Assembly (NCBI GenBank): GCA_903941205.1
Contig: CAJAOB010000396.1
Span: 1 to 47,822 of the forward strand
Reading direction: 5' to 3'
DNA from: an uncultured Burkholderiales bacterium
GTDB taxonomy: Bacteria > Pseudomonadota > Gammaproteobacteria > Burkholderiales > Burkholderiaceae_C
Length of the DNA stretch: 47,822 nucleotides
Position 1 is the stretch's first letter. The number at the start of each line of letters is the position of its first letter. Made by a program: the position numbers and the translations under genes. Of the stretch, positions 25,826 to 35,083 are shown piece after piece. The notes beneath the pieces were generated by a model. That model had not been told where the DNA came from. It saw nothing but the letters and a program-made list of their open reading frames with translations, and searched no databases.

Positions 25826-27412
25826 ATGACGGAAGAAACCCAGACACAGGCCCTTGCGGCAACCCATTTAGCACCGGCGCCCGACATCGCCTGCACCCCG
25901 CCTGCGCCCGAAGCCTTGCGCGCCTGGGCGACGACGATCTACCCGCCGGACCTGCTCGAGGTCGAGTCGCTCGACATGGACGCCCAGGGCATTGCTCACC
26001 GCGCGGACGGCAAGGTGGTTTTCATTGAGGGCGCCTTGCCGTTTGAGCAGGTCACGGCCAATGTATTTCGTAAAAAAACCAGCTTTGAGAAAGCCACGCT
26101 GACGCAGGTCTACCGCGAGTCGGCGCAACGCGTCAAGCCGGCTTGCCCGCACTTTGGCATGCATGTGGGCGCCTGTGGTGGCTGCAAGATGCAGCACCTG
26201 CATGTAGGCGCGCAGGTCGCTGTCAAGCAGCGCGTGCTGGAAGACAACCTCTGGCATTTGGGCAAAGTCAACGCAGAAAACATCTTGCGCGCCATTGAAG
26301 GTCCGGCTTGGCATTACCGCTTTCGCGCCCGCCTGTCGGTGCGCTATGTGCGCAAAAAAGGCACGGTGCTGGTGGGCTTTCATGAGCGCAAGAGCACTTA
26401 CGTGGCCGACATCAGGGCCTGCAACGTCTTGCCGCAGCGCGTCAGCGACATGCTGATGCCGCTGCGGGAACTCATTGGCAGCATGGACGCCAGGGAAACC
26501 TTGCCGCAGATCGAGCTGGCCTGCGGTGATGCGCCCGGCGACGGCACGCCCGCCGTCACGGCCATGGTGCTGCGCCATATGGAGCCCTTGAGCGATGCGG
26601 ACCTGACCCGCCTGCGCGATTTCGCTGCCGTGCGTCCGGGGCTGCAGTGGTGGCTGCAGTCCAAAGGGCCGGAGACCGTCAGGCTGCTCGACGCCTTGCA
26701 GGAGGGCGACGCGCAACTGGCTTATGCCTTGCCGGATTACGGCGTCAGCATGCCCTTCAAGCCAACGGACTTCACCCAGGTCAACCCCTTCATCAACCGC
26801 GTGCTGGTGGCGCGTGCCCTGCGTTTGCTGGCGGTTGAATCCGGCGAGCGGGTGATCGACTGGTTTTGCGGCTTGGGCAATTTCACCTTGCCGCTGGCAA
26901 CCTGCGCCCGCGAGGTGCTGGGCATTGAAGGCAGCGAGGTCCTGGTGGCCCGCTCACAGGCGAATTACGTCATCAACCAGGCCACGCGACCGGCCGCTGG
27001 CCTGGCGCCTTTGGCACCTACGCGCTTTGTGGCGCGCAATCTTTTCGAGATGACGCCAGCGTTGCTGGTGCAAGACGGGCAGGCCGATAAATGGCTGGTG
27101 GACCCACCGCGCGAAGGCGCGTTCGAGCTCTTCAAGTCGCTGGTGGCGCTGCACCCGAATGGCCCGGTGCGCGCAACGGTTTACGAGGACGGCGTGGACA
27201 CAGGCGTGCACGCGATTCCTGCGGTCACCCCTCCGGCGGGCTGGAGCGCGCCCAAGCGCATCGTCTATGTCAGTTGCAACCCTGCCACCCTGGCCCGCGA
27301 TGCGGGTCTGTTGGTCAATGAAGCCGGCTACCGCTGCCTGGCTGCCGGGGTGGTGAACATGTTCCCGCACACGGCCCACGTGGAATCGATCGCGGTTTTC
27401 GAGCGGGCATGA
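25826..27412 (+). CDS. rlmD: 23S rRNA (uracil-1939-C5)-methyltransferase
   Basis: TRAM domain, Fe-S motif CPHFG...[24 protein letters not shown] and MFPHTAHVE. Confidence 0.92.
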   Translation: MTEETQTQALAATHLAPAPDIACTPPAPEALRAWATTIYPPDLLEVESLDMDAQGIAHRADGKVVFIEGALPFEQVTANVFRKKTSFEKATLTQVYRESAQRVKPACPHFGMHVGACGGCKMQHLHVGAQVAVKQRVLEDNLWHLGKVNAENILRAIEGPAWHYRFRARLSVRYVRKKGTVLVGFHERKSTYVADIRACNVLPQRVSDMLMPLRELIGSMDARETLPQIELACGDAPGDGTPAVTAMVLRHMEPLSDADLTRLRDFAAVRPGLQWWLQSKGPETVRLLDALQEGDAQLAYALPDYGVSMPFKPTDFTQVNPFINRVLVARALRLLAVESGERVIDWFCGLGNFTLPLATCAREVLGIEGSEVLVARSQANYVINQATRPAAGLAPLAPTRFVARNLFEMTPALLVQDGQADKWLVDPPREGAFELFKSLVALHPNGPVRATVYEDGVDTGVHAIPAVTPPAGWSAPKRIVYVSCNPATLARDAGLLVNEAGYRCLAAGVVNMFPHTAHVESIAVFERA

Positions 27413-27439
27413 AAAAGGGGCCCGGAGGCCCCTTTTTCA
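27410..27439. terminator. Bidirectional intrinsic terminator between rlmD and the YccA gene
   Basis: Perfect 13-bp inverted repeat TGAAAAAGGGGCC-cgga-GGCCCCTTTTTCA between convergent genes. Confidence 0.88.
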
Positions 27440-27481
27440 GGATGATTGGCTCACTAGCCTGTCCAACTCCTCGGGCTCTCT

Positions 27482-28171
27482 TCAGTCCCGCTCGCCGCCA
27501 AAGATGCCGAGCAAGGCCAGCAGGCTCTGGAACACATTGAAGAGGCTCAGGTACAGGCCCAGCGTTGCGCTGATGTAGTTGGTCTCGCCGCCGTCCACGA
27601 TGCGCTTGAGGTCATACAGGATGAAAGCGCTGAAGATGCCGATGGCCAGCATGCTGATGACGATCATGCCGGTCGACGACGCCACGAACACATTGATGAC
27701 TGCGCCGACCATGAGGACCACAGCGCCCACCGTCAGCCACTTGCCCATGCCGGACAAGTCACGCTTGATCACAGTGGACAGACTGGCCATCAGGAAGAAT
27801 ACGCCCGCTGTGCCGCCAAAGGCGGTCATGATCAGGTCCGAGCCGTTCTTGAAACCCAGCACCATGGCGATCATGCGGGAGAGCATGAGACCCATGAAGA
27901 AGGTGAAACCGAGCAAAATCGGCACGCCAGCCGCTGAATTTTTGGTTTTCTCGATCGCGTACATGAAGCCGAACGCGCCGCCCAGAAAAACCACCAGTCC
28001 CACACCGCCGGAGAGCGCCTTGGTGATGCCGGTCGCAACGCCCAGCCAGGCGCCCAGCACGGTCGGCAGCAGGCTCAGGGCCAGCAGCCAGTAGGTGTTG
28101 CGCAGGACCTGATTGCGCTGCGCGACGCTTGTTTCGAAGCCGTAGTCCAGGGTTTGCACCTTGTCGTTCAT
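27482..28171 (-). CDS. Bax inhibitor-1/YccA family membrane protein
   Basis: VLRNTYWLL, seven hydrophobic segments, ILYD and GETNYISAT...NVFQSLL. Confidence 0.9.
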   Translation of the reverse strand: MNDKVQTLDYGFETSVAQRNQVLRNTYWLLALSLLPTVLGAWLGVATGITKALSGGVGLVVFLGGAFGFMYAIEKTKNSAAGVPILLGFTFFMGLMLSRMIAMVLGFKNGSDLIMTAFGGTAGVFFLMASLSTVIKRDLSGMGKWLTVGAVVLMVGAVINVFVASSTGMIVISMLAIGIFSAFILYDLKRIVDGGETNYISATLGLYLSLFNVFQSLLALLGIFGGERD

Positions 28172-28375
28172 GAAATACCTCCTCGTTCGTTGTCACAAAG
28201 CCGCTAGCTGCGGGCTTGTTTATTCTAGGTAATTCGTTCCACCAAGGCCAAATTTTTCGGCCTTGTCACCTATTTTTCATAAGGGTTTTGGTGAAATATC
28301 GCGGTCGGCATCGCTAGGTTGGTCGCGCCCAGACTTGCGTATGCTTGGCAGCTTTAGCGTTTTAGGGAAAGCACC

Positions 28376-28783
28376 ATGCAAACCAAGCCAGTCCTCGAAT
28401 TTTCCGACGTCAAGAAGATAGCCGCCGCTGCTGAAGCCGAGGCGCTACAACACAAATGGGCCGTCAGCATTGCTATCGTCGACGACGGCGGGCACCTGCT
28501 GCATTTTTCGCGGCTCGACGGCGCGGCACCCCTGACTTCGCACATGGCGCCAGCCAAAGCCAACACGGCCGCCATGGGCCGCCGTGAAAGCCGCATCTAT
28601 GAGGAACTGATCAACGGCGGTCGCATTTCATTCCTGAGTGCGCCACATGTCGAGGGCCTTCTCGAGGGTGCAGTGCCGATCATGAAAGATGGTTTTTGTC
28701 TTGGCGCGGTGGGCGTGAGCGGCGTCAAGTCAACGGAAGATGCGCAGGTGGCGCGCGTCGGTATCGCCGCGATCGGGCTGTAG
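28376..28783 (+). CDS. GlcG/HbpS family heme-binding protein
   Basis: IAIVDDGGHL, RLDGA, KANTA and GAVGVSG. Confidence 0.87.
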   Translation: MQTKPVLEFSDVKKIAAAAEAEALQHKWAVSIAIVDDGGHLLHFSRLDGAAPLTSHMAPAKANTAAMGRRESRIYEELINGGRISFLSAPHVEGLLEGAVPIMKDGFCLGAVGVSGVKSTEDAQVARVGIAAIGL

Positions 28784-28866
28784 AGATCTGCTGACGGCTT
28801 GGAGTGCCTGGGGGCGCTCGAGGCTGGACAGGCGCCGAAGGCCTGGTTTTGTGGCTCGCTGGCGCT

Positions 28867-29277
28867 TTAGTTCCCAGGCTCAGTGATGAAGCCAATTTTC
28901 CGCAATCCGGCCCGCTGCGCGCTTGCCATGGCTTGGGCCACCCGCTCGTAGCGCACAGCCTTATCGCCCCTGATGTGCAGGTCAGGCTGCGGCTTTTGCG
29001 CCGCCGCGGCGAGGAGTTGCAGTGCCAGGGATTCGTCAGTGACCGGCATTTCGTTTAGGAAGTAGGCACCTTGCGCGTCCACGCTCAGGCGCAGGGCCTC
29101 GGGCTTGGCTTTTTGCACCTCGTTGCTGGCGCGCGGCAAATCGATGTTCACCGAATGCTTCATAACGGGCACGGTGATGATGAAGATGATGAGCAGCACG
29201 AGCATCACGTCAACCAGCGGCGTCATGTTGATCTCGTTCATGACTTCGTCGCTGTCGTCTTGGGTTCCAAATGACAT
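28867..29277 (-). CDS. exbD: Biopolymer transport protein ExbD
   Basis: EINMTPLVDVMLVLLIIFII, IRGDKAVRY and KIGFIT. Confidence 0.92.
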   Translation of the reverse strand: MSFGTQDDSDEVMNEINMTPLVDVMLVLLIIFIITVPVMKHSVNIDLPRASNEVQKAKPEALRLSVDAQGAYFLNEMPVTDESLALQLLAAAAQKPQPDLHIRGDKAVRYERVAQAMASAQRAGLRKIGFITEPGN

Positions 29278-29288
29278 GCTTTGCTCGC

Positions 29289-30029
29289 TCAGGCGTGTTT
29301 CGGAGCAGGCGCGTCAGTCAGCTCTGGCTTGCGGGCGGGGCTACCGGGGGACACCGGATGGACGCGTGCGCCAGTGAGAAAGTAGGCGTGCAGGTCATGC
29401 GCGAAGCGGCCGAGTTTGTGCAGCAAGCGCTTGTTGCCGCGCACCAGTGCGTTGTAGCCGAGCACGGCCGGGATTGCCACGGCCAGGCCCATGGCCGTCA
29501 TGATCAGCGACTCCCCGACCGGGCCGGCGACCTGGTCGATGGTCGCCTGACCGGCCATGCCTATCGACAGCAGCGCGTGGTAGATGCCCCAGACTGTGCC
29601 GAACAAGCCGACGAAAGGCGCGGTGGAGCCGACCGATGCGAGAACGGCCATGCCCGATTGCAAATGGCTGGTGAATTCGTCGATCTCGTGGCGCAGACTG
29701 CGCGTGATCCAGTCGCTCGGGTCCAGCGTGTTGCTCAATTGCCCTTGGGCTTGCTGGTGGTGGGCGCTGGCGTCGCGGCCCTGCTCGACCAGCTGGCGAA
29801 AGGGGTTGTCATCGGCCTGGCCCAGGCTGTTTAGCCCGTTGGCCAGATCCGGGCTTCGCCAGAAGTCCTCGGCCTTGCTTGCGATTTTGCGGTAGCGCAG
29901 CAAGTCCAGCATCTTGATCAGGATCACCATCCAGGACGCCAGGGACATGAGCAGCAGCAGCACGGCGACCGAGCGCGTGACGATGTCACCCTGGGCCCAG
30001 ACGTTGGCCAGTCCAAATTGGGGATTCAT
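29289..30029 (-). CDS. exbB: MotA/TolQ/ExbB proton channel
   Basis: LASVGSTAPFVGLFGTVWGI and ESLIMTAMGLAVAIPAV. Confidence 0.92.
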   Translation of the reverse strand: MNPQFGLANVWAQGDIVTRSVAVLLLLMSLASWMVILIKMLDLLRYRKIASKAEDFWRSPDLANGLNSLGQADDNPFRQLVEQGRDASAHHQQAQGQLSNTLDPSDWITRSLRHEIDEFTSHLQSGMAVLASVGSTAPFVGLFGTVWGIYHALLSIGMAGQATIDQVAGPVGESLIMTAMGLAVAIPAVLGYNALVRGNKRLLHKLGRFAHDLHAYFLTGARVHPVSPGSPARKPELTDAPAPKHA

Positions 30030-30114
30030 GCAGGGGTCCTCCGGATGTCGTTTTTAAATTGATGTTCAGGCGACGCTTTGAAGTTAGGAAACCCACAAAG
30101 CGAAACAGTGGGGG

Positions 30115-30855
30115 TCAAGGGCTCAATTCCCATTGGATCGGGACGTTGACGGCCATGGCTTCGGGCACGCCGTTGCGCTTACCCGGTACGTAGCGCCAGC
30201 CCATCACGGTGTCATGGGCGGCCTTGTCCAGACGCGGAAAACCGCTGGAACTCACGAGCTCGGCACGCTGGGCTTTCCCGTCCACGCCGATCCAGACTTT
30301 GTGGACTGTCTTGCCAGTTTCTCCCAGACGCACGCTCATGGGAGGGTAGGGCGGTTTGGGGTTTTGCAGGTAGTCGGCGTTGCTCGTGGGGGCTTGAAGC
30401 ACCGGTGTGGGCGTGGGGGGCGGGGCGGAAGCCGCCTGGGTTTGCGGGGCCGCTGGCGGTGTGGGCGCGGTCGGTGCTGCCAGGGATGCAGCCTGGGTGG
30501 CGCTCAAAGGTGGTGCCGAGGGTGCCACCGCAGGAGCCGCCACCGCAAGAGGCGCTGCCTGCAAGTTTGGCGTCTGCAGCTGCGCAGACTGCGCAGGCGC
30601 GGCTGCGCTCGCCGGCTGCGGCTGCTCGGGGCTTGCCGTTCGCGTTGCGGGCAATTTTTGGGGCGGCGAGGACTGCGGCGTAGCGATGAATTGCGACAGC
30701 AGCTCGGCCGGTACCAGAACTTCGGCGGCTCGCACCAGCAGCCCGTTTTGCAAGGACCAGATCAGCGCCAGGTGCAGCGACACGATAGCCAGCGCACCCA
30801 GCGCGAGCCGCAGGTTTCTTCGCACGCGGTTCATGGCCTGCTGGCGGCTTGTCAT
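30115..30855 (-). CDS. tonB: Energy transducer TonB
   Basis: TM segment with SLH, Pro/Ala linker, C-terminal domain NPKPPYP...SSGFPRLD...WRYVPG. Confidence 0.88.
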   Translation of the reverse strand: MTSRQQAMNRVRRNLRLALGALAIVSLHLALIWSLQNGLLVRAAEVLVPAELLSQFIATPQSSPPQKLPATRTASPEQPQPASAAAPAQSAQLQTPNLQAAPLAVAAPAVAPSAPPLSATQAASLAAPTAPTPPAAPQTQAASAPPPTPTPVLQAPTSNADYLQNPKPPYPPMSVRLGETGKTVHKVWIGVDGKAQRAELVSSSGFPRLDKAAHDTVMGWRYVPGKRNGVPEAMAVNVPIQWELSP

Positions 30856-30875
30856 GGCGGCGTTTGACGCGCGCT

Positions 30876-31697
30876 TTAGTAGACCAGCCGCTCAGGCCGG
30901 ATTTCCTGCAAGATGGTGGTGGCGATTTCTTCGATCGACTTGGTGGTGGTCGACAGCCAGCGTATGCCTTCGCGGCGCATCATCGCCTCGGCTTCATGAA
31001 CCTCCTGCTTGCAGTTGTGCAAGCTGGCATAGCTGGAGTTCGGGCGGCGCTCGTTGCGGATCTGACTCAGCCGGTCCGGTGCGATGGTCAGACCAAAGAT
31101 TTTTTTGCGGTGTGGAACCAGCGCGGGCGGTAATTGCCGGCGCTCGAAATCTTCTGGGATGAGCGGGTAGTTCGAGGCCTTCAGCCCGTATTGCATGGCC
31201 AGATAAAGCGAGGTTGGCGTCTTGCCGCTGCGGCTCACGCCGACCAGGATCACGTCGGAGCCGGCCAGATCCTTGTTGCTCTGGCCATCGTCATGGGCGA
31301 GTGAAAAATTGATGGCTTCGATCCGGTCGTCATATTCCTTGCTTTTGGAGGCATCCGAGAAGCGGCCGACCCGGTGGTTGGACTTGAGCCCGAGCTCGCT
31401 CTCCAGCGGTGCGACAAACATGCCAAACATGTCGAGCAGCATGCCGTTGCATTGCGACTTGATGACCGCCAGCACGTCCATGTTGACCAGCGTGGTGAAG
31501 ACGATCGGCCGCTGGCCTTCGACGCTGGCCGTGTGGTTGATTTGTCGAACGACCTGGTGGGCCTTGTCCACGCTGTCGATGAAGGGCAGTCGCACATGGC
31601 GGGGTTTGAGTTCGAACTGCGCGAGGATGGCGTTGCCGAAGGTCTCTGCCGTGATGCCAGTGCCGTCAGAGATGAAAAATACGGTGCGATTCGGCAT
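30876..31697 (-). CDS. PEP synthase regulatory kinase/pyrophosphorylase (YdiA/DUF299); not the photopigment repressor
   Basis: FFISDGTGITAE, HDDG, GVSRSGKTPTSLYLA and SIEEIA; divergent from ppsA. Start at ATG 31697. Confidence 0.92.
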   Translation of the reverse strand: MPNRTVFFISDGTGITAETFGNAILAQFELKPRHVRLPFIDSVDKAHQVVRQINHTASVEGQRPIVFTTLVNMDVLAVIKSQCNGMLLDMFGMFVAPLESELGLKSNHRVGRFSDASKSKEYDDRIEAINFSLAHDDGQSNKDLAGSDVILVGVSRSGKTPTSLYLAMQYGLKASNYPLIPEDFERRQLPPALVPHRKKIFGLTIAPDRLSQIRNERRPNSSYASLHNCKQEVHEAEAMMRREGIRWLSTTTKSIEEIATTILQEIRPERLVY

Positions 31698-31903
31698 AGG
31701 GTGAATTCTCAGGGGCGGTCCGTTTGCGGTCCGGGTTTTGTGCGTACGCTCAGTCGGCCGGGGCGACAACGACCGACCTCTACAATGCTCGCTAATTATC
31801 CAGTTTCTGACGCCATGCCCTGCATCAACCCCTTCAAACAACAACAAAGTTGGCTGCAGCCCATGGTGAATTACCCGGTTTTTAAACCTCCCGGAGTATT
31901 TTC

Positions 31904-34303
31904 ATGTCCAAGCTGTTTGAGGCGACCGCCCTGGTCGTACCGTTTGAAAACCTGAGGATGACGGACGTCGAGGCCGTTGGCGGCAAGAACGCCAGCCTCG
32001 GCGAGATGATCTCGCAGCTGCCTACGGGCCCCAAGGGGGTGCGTGTGCCTACCGGCTTTGCCACCACCGCGCATGCCTTTCGCGTGTTTCTGGCGCATGC
32101 CGGGCTCGACAAAAAAATCAATGGCGTTCTAGACAAGCTTGACACTGACGACGTGCGCGCATTGGCGGCGGCCGGCGCGCAGATTCGGGCGCTGGTCGAA
32201 GCCCAGCCTTTCCCGGCCGAATTCGAAGCGGCCATCCGCCAGAGTTTCAAGGCGCTGAGCGCTGGCAATGCCCAGGCCAGCTTTGCGGTGCGTTCGTCAG
32301 CCACGGCTGAAGACTTGCCGGATGCGTCGTTTGCAGGTCAGCAGGAGACTTTTCTCAACGTCGTCGGCATCGAGGATGTACTGCACAAGATGAAAGAGGT
32401 GTTTGCCTCGCTCTACAACGATCGCGCGATCAGCTATCGCGTGCACAAGGGCTTTGCCCATGCCGACGTGGCTTTGTCGGCCGGAGTGCAGCGCATGGTG
32501 CGAAGTGATCTAGGCGCGGCCGGAGTCATGTTCACCATGGACACCGAAAGCGGCTTCGAGGACGTGGTGTTCATTACCTCCAGCTACGGTTTGGGTGAGA
32601 CGGTGGTGCAGGGCGCGGTCAACCCGGACGAGTTTTATGTTCACAAGCCCATGCTGCAAGCCGGCAAACGCGCCGTGATCCGTCGCAATCTGGGCTCCAA
32701 ACTTCTGCAGATGGAGTTCACCACCGCCGAAGAGAAAAAAGCCGGTGGCAAGCTGGTCAAAACCACTGACGTGCCGGTCGAGTTGCGCAACCGCTATTCC
32801 TTGACGGATGCCGATGTGGAGCAACTTGCGCGTTACGCGCTGATCATCGAGACGCATTACGGCCGCGCCATGGACATTGAATGGGGCAAGGACGGCACCG
32901 ACGGTGAGCTTTACATCCTGCAGGCGCGTCCCGAAACGGTCAAAAGCCAGGCCAAGGGCAAGCCCGAGCAGCGCTACAAGCTCAAGGGCACCGGCACCGT
33001 GCTGGCCGAAGGGCGCGCCATTGGCCAGAAGATTGGCACCGGTCCGGTCCGCATCGTGCGCCACATCTCCGAAATGGACCAGGTCCAGACCGGCGACATC
33101 CTGGTCACTGACATGACCGATCCGAACTGGGAGCCGGTGATGAAGCGCGCCAGCGCCATCGTGACCAACCGTGGCGGGCGCACCTGCCACGCCGCCATCA
33201 TTGCGCGCGAGCTCGGCATTCCCGCGGTGGTCGGTTGCGGCAATGCTACCGAGCAACTCAAGGACGGCATGCTGGTCACGGTGAGCTGCGCCGAAGGTGA
33301 TACTGGCAACATTTACGACGGGCTGCTTGAAACCGAAGTCACTGAAGTCTTGCGCGGCGCGATGCCAGCCATTGACATCAAAATCATGATGAACGTCGGC
33401 AACCCGCAGCTGGCATTCGATTTTTGCCAGATTCCAAACCACGGCGTGGGTCTGGCGCGGCTTGAATTCATCATCAATAACAACATCGGCGTGCATCCCA
33501 AAGCCATCCTCGACTACCCCAACATCGACTCGGACCTGAAAAAAGCCGTGGAAAGCGTGGCGCGGGGCCATGCATCACCCCGGGCGTTCTACGTTGACAA
33601 GGTCGCCGAGGGTATTGCAACGATCGGTGCGGCCTTCTGGCCCAAGCCCGTCATCGTGCGACTTTCGGACTTCAAGTCCAACGAATACCGCAAGCTCATT
33701 GGCGGCTCGCGTTACGAGCCGGAAGAAGAAAACCCGATGCTGGGTTTCCGCGGTGCCGCGCGTTACCTCAGCCCTGACTTTGCGCAGGCCTTTGCCATGG
33801 AATGCGAGGCGATCAAGCGGGTGCGCAATGAGATGGGTTTGACCAACGTGGAAGTCATGGTGCCGTTTGTGCGCACGCTCGGCCAGGCCGCGGCGGTCAC
33901 CGAACTGCTCGCCAGGCACGGGCTGCGCCGTGGTGAGAGCGGTTTGCGCCTGATCATGATGTGCGAGGTTCCCAGCAACGCCGTGCTGGCCGAGCAGTTC
34001 CTCGAGTATTTCGACGGCTTTTCCATCGGCTCCAACGACTTGACTCAGCTCACGCTGGGGCTGGACCGCGATTCCGGGCTGGACATTCTGGCCAAGGACT
34101 TTGACGAACGCGACCCTGCTGTCAAGGCGCTGCTGAGTCAGGCCATCAGCGCTTGTTTGCGTCAGGGAAAGTACGTGGGAATCTGCGGCCAGGGCCCCAG
34201 CGACCATCCTGACTTTGCGCTCTGGCTCAAGGACCAGGGTATCGGCTCGATCTCGTTGAACCCGGACACCGTGATCGCTACCTGGAAGAATCTGGCCGCC
34301 TAG
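31904..34303 (+). CDS. ppsA: Phosphoenolpyruvate synthase
   Basis: [22 protein letters not shown], phospho-His motif [20 protein letters not shown] and GICGQ. Confidence 0.96.
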   Translation: MSKLFEATALVVPFENLRMTDVEAVGGKNASLGEMISQLPTGPKGVRVPTGFATTAHAFRVFLAHAGLDKKINGVLDKLDTDDVRALAAAGAQIRALVEAQPFPAEFEAAIRQSFKALSAGNAQASFAVRSSATAEDLPDASFAGQQETFLNVVGIEDVLHKMKEVFASLYNDRAISYRVHKGFAHADVALSAGVQRMVRSDLGAAGVMFTMDTESGFEDVVFITSSYGLGETVVQGAVNPDEFYVHKPMLQAGKRAVIRRNLGSKLLQMEFTTAEEKKAGGKLVKTTDVPVELRNRYSLTDADVEQLARYALIIETHYGRAMDIEWGKDGTDGELYILQARPETVKSQAKGKPEQRYKLKGTGTVLAEGRAIGQKIGTGPVRIVRHISEMDQVQTGDILVTDMTDPNWEPVMKRASAIVTNRGGRTCHAAIIARELGIPAVVGCGNATEQLKDGMLVTVSCAEGDTGNIYDGLLETEVTEVLRGAMPAIDIKIMMNVGNPQLAFDFCQIPNHGVGLARLEFIINNNIGVHPKAILDYPNIDSDLKKAVESVARGHASPRAFYVDKVAEGIATIGAAFWPKPVIVRLSDFKSNEYRKLIGGSRYEPEEENPMLGFRGAARYLSPDFAQAFAMECEAIKRVRNEMGLTNVEVMVPFVRTLGQAAAVTELLARHGLRRGESGLRLIMMCEVPSNAVLAEQFLEYFDGFSIGSNDLTQLTLGLDRDSGLDILAKDFDERDPAVKALLSQAISACLRQGKYVGICGQGPSDHPDFALWLKDQGIGSISLNPDTVIATWKNLAA

Positions 34304-34363
34304 GGCTTCGGCTGAACGACGGTTTTCAGACAAACCCGTGAACCACGCGCCGGATGCCTTTTA

Positions 34364-34960
34364 ATGCCCGTTATTCCTGAAGCTTCACTCCTGAATGGGC
34401 CTGCTTTCCGGCTCTTGCGGGCGCTGGCCGAACTGGCGCGCCTGCTTGGCTGGCAGCGAGTGTCCATGTTTTTGCTCCGGCGCGCGCTTGTGCTTCGGCC
34501 CTTTGACGCAGAGGCGGCTGCTCGCTGGGCCGAGGGGCTTTTTCAGACAGGCCAGAAAGGCGCTGCCATCAATGCCTTGCAACAGCTTCTCAAGGACCAT
34601 CCCGGGAGGGCGAGCAGTTGGTTCGATCTGGCTTACTGGCTTGAAAGCGCGGGACGCCATGGTGAGTCTGAACCGGCCTTCCGGGCAGCGCTGGATCTGG
34701 CCCCCGACATGGATCGCGCCTGGTACGGACTGGCTCTGGTGCACATTCGGGAGCAGCGCTGGGGCGATGCCAGCGCGGCGCTTAGACACACGACCCGGCT
34801 CCAACCTCGCAGTCACTTGGCCTGGTACCAGATGGGTAAAGTGCTGATGAAGATGGGTCATGCCGAGCAAGCTCTGGAGGTCATTCGCCACTTGCGCGCC
34901 CTGGAGCCCCAGGTCGCTGCCCGACTGGCCGATGAAACAGGGCTGGGTGCTCTGGTATGA
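34364..34960 (+). CDS. Tetratricopeptide repeat protein
   Basis: Successive 34-aa TPR-like units beginning SWFDLAY, AWYGLAL and AWYQMGK. Confidence 0.75.
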   Translation: MPVIPEASLLNGPAFRLLRALAELARLLGWQRVSMFLLRRALVLRPFDAEAAARWAEGLFQTGQKGAAINALQQLLKDHPGRASSWFDLAYWLESAGRHGESEPAFRAALDLAPDMDRAWYGLALVHIREQRWGDASAALRHTTRLQPRSHLAWYQMGKVLMKMGHAEQALEVIRHLRALEPQVAARLADETGLGALV

Positions 34961-35083
34961 CCTTTTCGAAGTGAACGCGGCTGCCGTGACACCAAAATTC
35001 GTTCGACTGTCCGCCTCGCGCCGTCGTTGCCGTCCAGTGAGCAGACAGGCTGCAGGCAAGTGCGCACCGCCCGAGGAGCCTGT

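Noticed and set aside
30876-31697. Gene often named ppsR near a photosynthesis cluster with PpsR boxes
   Set aside because: This is the PEP-synthase regulatory kinase (DUF299), unrelated to the PAS/HTH photopigment repressor. The latter is not encoded in this window.
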